Below, piece by piece: positions 24,702 through 33,232 of a DNA stretch of 33,232 nucleotides. The notes below the pieces were generated by a model. It saw only the letters and a program-made list of their open reading frames with translations. It ran no database searches and was not told the origin of the DNA. How positions within the stretch are numbered: the stretch's first letter is position 1; every line of letters starts with the position of its first letter. The translations under genes and the position numbers were made by a program. The DNA comes from an uncultured Planctomycetota bacterium (lineage in GTDB: Bacteria; Planctomycetota; JACQVV01; CAZANL01): NCBI GenBank assembly GCA_964566865.1, contig CAZMLI010000002.1, positions 1 through 33,232 of the forward strand. The letters are read 5' to 3'.

Positions 24702-27700
24702 ATGCCGCGACACCTGCTGACCGTCTCTTTCCTGGCGCTCGCGTTATTGACCGGTCCCGCCTGGGCGCAACTGGAGGAGGAGGGGGAGGAAGAGAACCAG
24801 CCCCTCAACGCCACGCCCATCGGAGAGGACGCGGAGGTGCTCGACCAGTTCAAGCGGGTCGAGTCACGCTACATTCCGCGCGGCGAGTGGAGCCGCATCG
24901 TTCGTTACTACCAGAAGCAGCTCGACCGGACCGATCACGGCATGTTCTCCGAAGATGGCGAGATCTATCTACCGCTCTCGGTTCACTGCCACCACCGGAT
25001 TGCGCAGCTCCCTGCCGCCGGCCTAGAGGCCTATCGCCGACGGGTCGACCCGCGAGCCGCCCGGCTCTATGACGAGGCCCTCAAAGCCACACGGCTGGCG
25101 CCGCTGAGCAAGCTGTTGCGCTTCTATTTCAACAGCACCTCGGGGGACAAGGCGCTGGTGCTCGCGGGCAGCCTGTACATGGAGCTGGGACGCTTCCGTC
25201 AGGCGCTGAAGGTCCTGCAGATGGTCCACCCCTCGCTCGGGCCCGGACACCTGCACTATCCGGACACCCGGCTCGACCTGGACCCGATCCAGGCGCGCAT
25301 CGGCTATTGCCTGGCGGTGCTCGGCGAGCGTTACCAGCTGGAGCAGCTGTTCGGCCGCTGGGATTACAAGTCCTACTGGGGCAGCCAGCAGGGCGAGGCC
25401 TATCGTGACGACCTGACGCGGCTGGCGGCGCGTGCCCACGCGCCCGGCACACTGCAGACGTCGCGCTGGCCCTACGTCTACGGCGACCGGAAACATACCA
25501 ATCTCGGCTTTCAGGTGAACAAGATCACCGGCCCCAAGCAGTGGATCTTTCCGGACAGCCACGTCAAGAAGCGGCCGCTGTTCCAGGGGAATTTCGCCTC
25601 GGGCTATACCAAGCCCCAGGTCAGCCAGACCGTCTGCGTGGTGGCCGGAGAGCGGATTTACACGATCCAGGAGCAAAAGATCCAGGCCGCCAACATCTTC
25701 AATGGCAAGCTGGTCTGGGAAGCAGATATCGATTACCAGGTCAACCTGCCCACGCGCAGCGGTTGGCGCTCGACGATGCCGACCGCTGACGCGATCAAGA
25801 ACTGGCGCATGGTGGCCGACCCGACCGCCTGCAGCCTGTCACTGGTCGGCAAGCAGCTCTACTCGATCCAGCGCACCTCCCCCCGGCTGATGAACCGCGG
25901 CGCCAACCAGTGGATCAACGCGAACATCCTGCGAGTCTACGATACCACCCGCGAGTACAAGAGCCTGTCAGAGGTGCCCGCCTTCGGCGGTTCCAACGAA
26001 AAGCGCACACCGTACAAGAACGTCTACTGGCTCTCCACGCCGGTGGAGTATGAAGGCCGGGTTTACCTGCCGGCCGAGAGCGAAGGCTCCTACAAGATCT
26101 TCTGCCTGGACGCAGCGTCACTGAAACTGATCTGGTCCAAACAGGTGGCGGGCGTGACCGACGGGGAGCCCCAGTATAATCAGGTCAGGATCCGGGCTGC
26201 GGCCGGCAGCGCTCTGGCAGCCGGCCAGGGACATCTCTACTGGGCCACCCAGAACGGCGCCGTGATCTGCCTCGATGCCACCACCGGTGAGAAGGTCTGG
26301 GTCACCCGTTACCGCCGACAGGGCGAGAGCAAGAACTTGCCTGCGGGGGTCTCGCCTGCAACCGGACGCTGGTGGCTCTCGCCGCCGATCCTGGCAGCCG
26401 GCCGCCTGATCGTGGCGCCGCGCGACGCCCACCAGCTGCTGTGTTATGACGCCAACACCGGCGAGGTGATGTGGAAGAGCCCGCAGAAGAAGTCACGAAT
26501 GCTGGCCGGCGCATCGCGCGACCACGTCTACACGGTCGGCGAGACGGTCCTGGCCATCAGCGTGCTGACCGGGATGATGGACGGCGAGAGCCTGAAGCTG
26601 GGTAAGCTGACCGGCCACCCCGTGCTGACCGACCGGGAGATCTACCTTCCGACCAGCACCGGACTGGAGGTGATCTCGCTGGCCTCGATGGCGAAGCTGC
26701 AGTACAGCATCACACTGGCCACGCTGTTCCGCTCGGCGGGAGAGACCGACGCTGAATCCCACCCACGGCTGGGCAATCTGATCCTCTCGCCCCCCGGCAT
26801 CCTCTTCTCGGCCCACTCGGACGGAATCGTCGCGTTCTACTCCAAGGGGCTCCAGGTTCGCCAGATCGCGGAGGTCACGGCCAAGTTGCGCCAGCGCCCG
26901 GACGACCTCGCGCTGCGGCACCTGCGGGCCGAGCGGTACCAGCAGTTCGACCAGCCCGAGAAATCGCTGGCCGACTACATCACGCTCTACGACAGCGCCA
27001 AGAAGAAGAAGAGTGGCACCTACAAACGCTGGGCTCAGGAAGGGATCATCGAGCTCTCCCGCGACCTCAGCCGGACCGCCGGAGATCCCAAGTACATCCT
27101 GCTGGCGCTGAAGTATGCCGGCAAGCGGCAGCAGGCGCCGCTCAAGCTGCTACTGGCGCAGAGCCACGAGAAACAACAGCAGTACCGCCAGGCGCTGGCG
27201 CTGTACCTCGAGTTGCGCAGCCGATTTTCCGGCCAGCTGATCGAGATCGACGATCGACGCGTGGCGCAGCTCGACGTCTTGCTCGACCAGGCGATCCGCC
27301 GGGTTCGCCAGCACCTACCGCAGCCGACGCTGCAAGATCGCGTACTGCGCGCGGCGGTGCAAAAGCTGAAGGACCCGAGCGGCATCCCGAAGCTCTTGCG
27401 CGGGCTGCCCCGCTCACCCGATCGGGCGCTGGCCGAGTGGATCCACGCCTACTGGATGGAGCGCCAGCAAGGCAAGCTGGAGGACGGGATCAGCTTGTGC
27501 CGTGCGATTCTCAACCGCTATCCGGGCACCCCCGCCGCGCTCGGCTGCCTCTGGCGACTGGTCGAGTATTACGAGCGCGAGAACTTCCCCGGCCGCGCGT
27601 TGCACCACCTGACCCGTATCCGCGACAGCTACGCCACGGTGGCCTGGCCGGTCACGACGCTCGAGCAGTTGCAGATCCACTGGCAGCCGCAGAAAGCGCC

Positions 27701-29219
27701 CAAGAAGCAGGGCGCCGACGACAAGAAGCAGGGCGCCGACGACAAGAAGCAGGGTGACGAGGACAAGAAGAAGGGTGACGAGGACAAGAAACGCAAGGAC
27801 GGCCCCGAAGACGGGATGGCCTACTTCAAGGCCAAGCGCAGCTCGGCCAGGTTCAAGCAATTCAGCCTGCCGGGCAAGACCATCCGCTCACGCGGGACGA
27901 AATACCCGCTGCGCATCGACGATAAACGTAAGCTGATCGGGTCCGGGCAGACCAACTACAGCCAGGGACACGTCGTCGGCGCTTTTGCGCAGGACAACAT
28001 GATCTTCATCTGGGCCAACAAGCGCATCGAAGCACGCGGCTTGAAAAACTGGAATATCCTCTGGCGAACCAATGATCTGCAGGCCGCGACGACCAGCAGC
28101 CAGGCCTACGCTTCCTCCCAGAAGAGCAAGCTGTTGCGCGAGGTGCCGCGTGTCCGGGTCTTCCGCTCGCAGGATCGCGCGATCGTGGTCTATCGCAACG
28201 CGATCCAGGCCGTGCACCTGACCACCGGCAGGCTCAAGTGGCAGATCAAGCTCAAGCAGGACAAGCCCTTCGGCTTCAAACCGACGCGACGCAGCTACAG
28301 AAGCACCCTGACGCCGCCCCCGATCATGCGCCTGCGCGTCACGCTCGATCGCGTCTACACACTGACTCCGGGCGGCACATTGACCGCCTACGACAGCCAG
28401 GGTGGCAAGATCATCTGGAGCATGAAGATCGACCGGATGCGTACCGGCCAACTCTACGTCTCCGGGGACAGGGTCATGGTGCTGGCCGCGATCGGCGCCG
28501 AGGGCGATCACCACTATCGACTGTACCGCTGGAACGAGATCACGACCAAGCTCGAGAGCAATACGCGCCTGGACCAGCCACTGGTCGGCATGACCGCGGA
28601 GCTGGGGCCCGGCGGCATCCTCTATCTGGCCGCCGAACAGACGCTGACCGGGATCGAGGCCGTCAGCGGCAAGATGGTCTGGGAGCTCGTGTATCGCGAC
28701 CGGATCCGGGATATCTTCTCGATGCCGGAAGGCCGCCTGCTCGTCGGCAGCGGCGGCCGCTTCGAGCTGCTCGACGGTCGCACCGGCGGTATCGTGATGC
28801 GCGGCGGGCTCGGCTCCCAGCGAATCCTCCGTGCATCGACAACCGCTGAAGAGATGTACCTGCTGTGCACCCCGTCGCTCAACGGCCAGGGCACCAGGGT
28901 CGGGATCTGGATCGGCGCCTTCGACCTGGCGAAGCGAAAGCTGAACTGGGAGACGAACTTCCAGTCCGCATACTACACCTACTACTACGATCTGCTGCCG
29001 CTGCGCGGCGGCGCGGTGCTGGTCGGAGAATACGCGATGAGCAGCCGCAATAGCAAGCTGTACCTGTATGCCGGCGGATCGCGCAAGCAGACCTACGACC
29101 TCCGCCGATCGAATTCCCGAAACAATCGCCAAGATCTCTCGGTTCGCAGCGCGCTGGTCTTCAACGGCCACGTGTTCATCCCGGAGCAGAAGGGCATCCG
29201 TGTCTTTCGAGAGAAATAA
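24702..29219 (+). CDS. giant exported protein with two PQQ-like (BamB-type) beta-propeller regions and TPR-like helical regions
   Basis: ORF 24660..29219. Preferred ATG 24702 gives signal peptide MPRHLLTVSFLALALLTGPAWA. Repeated blade motifs (CLDATTGEKVW, CYDANTGEVMW, AVHLTTGRLKW, AYDSQGGKIIW, GIEAVSGKMVW) flank a TPR-like middle. Confidence 0.88.
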   Translation: MPRHLLTVSFLALALLTGPAWAQLEEEGEEENQPLNATPIGEDAEVLDQFKRVESRYIPRGEWSRIVRYYQKQLDRTDHGMFSEDGEIYLPLSVHCHHRIAQLPAAGLEAYRRRVDPRAARLYDEALKATRLAPLSKLLRFYFNSTSGDKALVLAGSLYMELGRFRQALKVLQMVHPSLGPGHLHYPDTRLDLDPIQARIGYCLAVLGERYQLEQLFGRWDYKSYWGSQQGEAYRDDLTRLAARAHAPGTLQTSRWPYVYGDRKHTNLGFQVNKITGPKQWIFPDSHVKKRPLFQGNFASGYTKPQVSQTVCVVAGERIYTIQEQKIQAANIFNGKLVWEADIDYQVNLPTRSGWRSTMPTADAIKNWRMVADPTACSLSLVGKQLYSIQRTSPRLMNRGANQWINANILRVYDTTREYKSLSEVPAFGGSNEKRTPYKNVYWLSTPVEYEGRVYLPAESEGSYKIFCLDAASLKLIWSKQVAGVTDGEPQYNQVRIRAAAGSALAAGQGHLYWATQNGAVICLDATTGEKVWVTRYRRQGESKNLPAGVSPATGRWWLSPPILAAGRLIVAPRDAHQLLCYDANTGEVMWKSPQKKSRMLAGASRDHVYTVGETVLAISVLTGMMDGESLKLGKLTGHPVLTDREIYLPTSTGLEVISLASMAKLQYSITLATLFRSAGETDAESHPRLGNLILSPPGILFSAHSDGIVAFYSKGLQVRQIAEVTAKLRQRPDDLALRHLRAERYQQFDQPEKSLADYITLYDSAKKKKSGTYKRWAQEGIIELSRDLSRTAGDPKYILLALKYAGKRQQAPLKLLLAQSHEKQQQYRQALALYLELRSRFSGQLIEIDDRRVAQLDVLLDQAIRRVRQHLPQPTLQDRVLRAAVQKLKDPSGIPKLLRGLPRSPDRALAEWIHAYWMERQQGKLEDGISLCRAILNRYPGTPAALGCLWRLVEYYERENFPGRALHHLTRIRDSYATVAWPVTTLEQLQIHWQPQKAPKKQGADDKKQGADDKKQGDEDKKKGDEDKKRKDGPEDGMAYFKAKRSSARFKQFSLPGKTIRSRGTKYPLRIDDKRKLIGSGQTNYSQGHVVGAFAQDNMIFIWANKRIEARGLKNWNILWRTNDLQAATTSSQAYASSQKSKLLREVPRVRVFRSQDRAIVVYRNAIQAVHLTTGRLKWQIKLKQDKPFGFKPTRRSYRSTLTPPPIMRLRVTLDRVYTLTPGGTLTAYDSQGGKIIWSMKIDRMRTGQLYVSGDRVMVLAAIGAEGDHHYRLYRWNEITTKLESNTRLDQPLVGMTAELGPGGILYLAAEQTLTGIEAVSGKMVWELVYRDRIRDIFSMPEGRLLVGSGGRFELLDGRTGGIVMRGGLGSQRILRASTTAEEMYLLCTPSLNGQGTRVGIWIGAFDLAKRKLNWETNFQSAYYTYYYDLLPLRGGAVLVGEYAMSSRNSKLYLYAGGSRKQTYDLRRSNSRNNRQDLSVRSALVFNGHVFIPEQKGIRVFREK
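27701..27790 (+). repeat. intragenic 21-bp tandem repeat, about 4.3 copies
   Basis: CAAGAAGCAGGGCGCCGACGA x2, CAAGAAGCAGGGTGACGAGGA, CAAGAAGAAGGGTGACGAGGA, CAAGAA; encodes KKQGADD/KKQGDED/KKKGDED. Confidence 0.92.
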
Positions 29220-29235
29220 CAAGGGCAACAGACGC

Positions 29236-30291
29236 ATGAAACACACCACCGTGGCACTGCTGTTCGGCCTGTTACTCGCGACCCACCCTGGCATCGGGGC
29301 AGCCGAAGAGGACCCCATCACCGTTTCGCGATACCCCAAGATGATCACGCCGGAGGCGCTCAAGGCGATCCGGGCCGGTGTGCGGTATCTGAAAAACTCG
29401 CAGCGCGCCGACGGCTCCTGGACGGCCGGCAGGGGCGCCGGTTATCCGGTGGCAATGACCTCGCTGGCCGGCCTGGCGCTGACCGCCGCAGGCAGCACGC
29501 CGACTCGCGGACCGAACGCCGCGCAGGTCAAGAAGGGCGTGCTGTACCTGCTCAAGAACCAGAACGCCCGCGGGCTGATCACCGGCCCCAGGGAACAACG
29601 CACAATGTACGGCCATGGCTTCGCGTTGCTGTTCCTCGGCACGATCTACGGCACCACCGCGGACCGGCGCCTACAGAAGAAGATCAAGAAGTGCCTGCAG
29701 AAGGCGGTCGAGCTGACCGTGCGCGCGCAGAGCACCAAGGGCGGCTGGTACTACGGCCCGGACAGCCGGTCGGACGAGGGTTCGGTCACCATCACCCAGA
29801 TGCAGGGCCTGCGCGCCGCGCGCAATGCCGGCGTGCACGTGCCGGACAACGTGATCAAGAAGGCCGTCAACTACCTGAAGATCTGCCAGATGGGCGATGG
29901 CGGCATCTGCTACAGCGCCGCGAGCCGCGGCAGCAGTCGCCCGGCGATCACCGCCGCGGCGGTGGCCTGCATGTACAGCGCGGGCGCCTACGACAGCCCG
30001 ATCGCGCTGAAGATGATCAGCTACCTCAAGTCCAAGTTCGGCAACAACCCGTACTCGGGTTCGTTCTTCTTCTACACCAACTTCTACTGGACCCAGGTGA
30101 TGTACACCAAGGGCCGCGCCGACTGGGAGAAGTTCTACCCCAAGATGCGCCAGTCGGTGCTGACGACCCGCTACCGCCAGGGCGACCACTGGAACGGCAG
30201 CGGCTGGGGCACCGGCCCCGTCTATGGCACCGCGCTGGCCGTGGTGATCCTGGCCATGCCCTACAAGAACCTGCCCATCTTCCACCGATAG
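29236..30291 (+). CDS. exported prenyltransferase/squalene-oxidase-repeat (alpha/alpha toroid) protein
   Basis: Preferred ATG 29236 with signal peptide MKHTTVALLFGLLLATHPGIGA. QW-type repeats YLKNSQRADGSW, YLLKNQNARG, AQSTKGGWYY, YLKICQMGDGG. No DXDD motif. Confidence 0.88.
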   Translation: MKHTTVALLFGLLLATHPGIGAAEEDPITVSRYPKMITPEALKAIRAGVRYLKNSQRADGSWTAGRGAGYPVAMTSLAGLALTAAGSTPTRGPNAAQVKKGVLYLLKNQNARGLITGPREQRTMYGHGFALLFLGTIYGTTADRRLQKKIKKCLQKAVELTVRAQSTKGGWYYGPDSRSDEGSVTITQMQGLRAARNAGVHVPDNVIKKAVNYLKICQMGDGGICYSAASRGSSRPAITAAAVACMYSAGAYDSPIALKMISYLKSKFGNNPYSGSFFFYTNFYWTQVMYTKGRADWEKFYPKMRQSVLTTRYRQGDHWNGSGWGTGPVYGTALAVVILAMPYKNLPIFHR

Positions 30292-30318
30292 AACGCACGC
30301 GAGCGAAAGGAAACAAGA

Positions 30319-31362
<1,044 letters not shown>

Positions 31363-31384
31363 GCCCACCCACGGAGACCTGTCG

Positions 31385-32467
31385 ATGTTCCTGCTGTCCG
31401 TCCTCCCCGCGGCCACCGCCGTGGGGACTCAGAATGTCTGGATCCTGCTCGGATTCGTGCTGCTGCTCGTGCTGATGGTGCTGGGCGCGATGCTGTTTCG
31501 CAAGGATCCCGCCGCGCCCGGAGTGTCCCTGCCCGCCGACGGCGGCGCGGCGGTGATGGCCGCACCCGGCGATTACCGCAAGTATCTCGACCCCGCGGTC
31601 TTGACCTCGATCACCCATCTCGACCTGCGAGCCAAGACGATCATGGAGGGCTTCATCGCCGGCCTGCACAAGAGTCCGTTTCACGGATTCTCGGTCGAGT
31701 TCGCGCAGCACCGCGAGTACTGCCCCGGCGACGACATCCGTTTCATCGACTGGAAGGTCTTCGGCAAGACCGATCGCTTCTACATCAAGGAGTACGAGGA
31801 AGAGACCAACCTGACCTGCCAGATCCTGATCGACATCTCCGAGTCGATGCGCTACCAGGGCAGTTCGGGCATGTCCAAGCTGGACTACGCCGCCACGATC
31901 GCGGCCTCGCTGGCCTACCTGCTGCTGCAGCAGAAGGACTCGGTCGGCATGGTACTGTTCGACTCCGAGGTGCGCAAGGTCTTCCCCGCCTCGAACAAGC
32001 CGAGCTACCTGCGCGACATCCTCAACGAGGTGGCGCAGATCAAGCCGACCGAGAAAACGCATGTCGGCCCGATCTTCCACCGACTGGCCGAGGAGTTCCG
32101 CCGTCGCGGCCTGATCGTGATCATCTCCGACCTGTTCGTCGACGTCGAGGACATGTACGAGTCGCTCAAGCACTTCCGCTTCAACCGTCACGAGATCCTG
32201 ATCTTGCACGTGATGGACGAGGATGAGCTGACCTTTCCGTTCAGCCAGAATACGCTGTTCAAGGGCATGGAAGAGATGCCCGAGCAGCTCTGCGAGCCGC
32301 AGTCGCTGCGCCGGGCCTACCTCGAATCCATCGGCCGCTTCCACGACAAGGTCGAGCGCGGCGCGCGCGAAAACGGCATCGACTACGTGCGCCTGTCGAC
32401 GGCGGACCACCTGGACATCGCGCTGTCCCGCTTCCTCGCGGCCCGCTCGGGAGCGGTCAAGACATGA
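31385..32467 (+). CDS. DUF58 (vWA-like) protein with an N-terminal TM extension
   Basis: GLHKSPFHGFSVEFAQHREYCPGDDIRFIDWK, YIKEYEEETN, MIDAS-like DISES, IISDL. GGAG upstream of ATG 31385; an alternative start at MAAPGD is possible. Confidence 0.93.
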   Translation: MFLLSVLPAATAVGTQNVWILLGFVLLLVLMVLGAMLFRKDPAAPGVSLPADGGAAVMAAPGDYRKYLDPAVLTSITHLDLRAKTIMEGFIAGLHKSPFHGFSVEFAQHREYCPGDDIRFIDWKVFGKTDRFYIKEYEEETNLTCQILIDISESMRYQGSSGMSKLDYAATIAASLAYLLLQQKDSVGMVLFDSEVRKVFPASNKPSYLRDILNEVAQIKPTEKTHVGPIFHRLAEEFRRRGLIVIISDLFVDVEDMYESLKHFRFNRHEILILHVMDEDELTFPFSQNTLFKGMEEMPEQLCEPQSLRRAYLESIGRFHDKVERGARENGIDYVRLSTADHLDIALSRFLAARSGAVKT

Positions 32468-33232
32468 GCTTCATCAATCCACTGTTCCTGATCGGCTCGG
32501 GTCTGATCTCGATTCCGATCATCATCCACCTGCTCAACCGGCGAAAGTTCCGCATCATCGACTGGGCCGCGATGGAGTTCCTGCTCGAGGCCATTCGCGA
32601 GCGGCGGCGCAGGATGAAGATCGAGCACCTGCTGCTGCTGCTGCTGCGCTGCCTGATCATCATGCTGATCGTTTTCGTCTGTGCGCGGCCGTTCTTCGAG
32701 TCGAGCTTTCTCTCGACCGCACTCGGCAGCGGCGGCACCGAGCGGGTGCTGTTCATCGACGATTCGGCGAGCATGCAGGCCTCCGTCGAGCGGGTCACCG
32801 CCTTCGAGCGCGCCATCTCGGCGGCCGACGAGCTGGTCAGCCGCCTGGCCACCGAGCGTCCCGCCGACCGCGTGGTGATCGTGCGCGCGAGCCGGCCCGA
32901 GCGCCGCTACTTCTCGACCGACCAGATCGGACGCAACGCGGCCAAGGCGCGCGCGGCGCTGGGCAAGTTGAAGGCGAGCTTCCGCCGGGTCACGCTCAAT
33001 GACGCGCTCGGCCGCTTCCAGCAGTCGATCCTGAAGAAGGGCGAGGATGAGGCCGCGCGAACCACCGTGGTCTACCTGTTCAGCGACTTTCGCCGTGTCG
33101 ATTGGGGCGCTGGCTCGAAGGCGGCCAACCAGCTGGAGGCGATGATCCAGGACGGTCCCTGGGTGCTGGCCGATGCGGGCGAGGCGCAGGACACCGACAA
33201 CCTGACGATCGTCGACGTGCGCACCGACCCGC
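32464..33232 (+). CDS. BatA-domain plus vWA membrane protein (partial, runs off window)
   Basis: Absent from the ORF track because it has no stop. ATG 32464 overlaps the DUF58 stop. MSFINPLFLIGSGLISIPIIIHLLNRRK...WAAMEFLL...LLLLLLRCL...ARP, then VLFIDDSASM and VYLFSDF. Confidence 0.93.
   Translation, partial: MSFINPLFLIGSGLISIPIIIHLLNRRKFRIIDWAAMEFLLEAIRERRRRMKIEHLLLLLLRCLIIMLIVFVCARPFFESSFLSTALGSGGTERVLFIDDSASMQASVERVTAFERAISAADELVSRLATERPADRVVIVRASRPERRYFSTDQIGRNAAKARAALGKLKASFRRVTLNDALGRFQQSILKKGEDEAARTTVVYLFSDFRRVDWGAGSKAANQLEAMIQDGPWVLADAGEAQDTDNLTIVDVRTDP

Noticed and set aside
27701-27790. CRISPR-like array
   Set aside because: Head-to-tail repeats with no spacers, in frame within a CDS, and no cas genes.
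24702-29219. Calling the giant protein BamB or a PQQ-dependent dehydrogenase
   Set aside because: Far larger than BamB, no lipobox, and no quinoprotein catalytic motifs recognised; only generic propeller blades.

Overview
High-GC bacterial chromosomal window, probably from a planctomycete. This is inferred from three membrane Ser/Thr kinase-TPR genes and a PQQ-propeller/prenyltransferase-repeat/MoxR/DUF58/BatA cluster. Left to right, 1-7 kb is accessory-looking. It holds a GspC-like PDZ lipoprotein, a HEAT-repeat protein, a DppA/OppA-type binding protein broken by a +1 frameshift in a C8 run, a 1.67-kb transposase-less element (perfect 14-bp terminal inverted repeats, TA duplication at a CTAG site) carrying a membrane-protein gene and a degenerate GGDEF gene, and a zinc-ribbon membrane protein. 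Next come a kinase-TPR gene, an OprB-family porin with a DtxR/MntR-like palindrome upstream, and a four-gene Tat-exported molybdopterin oxidoreductase operon (Fe-S, NrfD/PsrC, catalytic, TorD-like) with an unusual active-site loop and a non-canonical Fe-S motif. After that are a DAACS symporter, a GTAG-type REP and two tandem paralogous kinase-TPR genes. The window ends with a divergent operon (giant PQQ-like propeller protein, prenyltransferase-repeat protein, MoxR, DUF58, BatA-vWA) that runs off the right edge. No rRNA, tRNA or CRISPR array was recognised. All calls come from reading motifs by eye; no searches were run.
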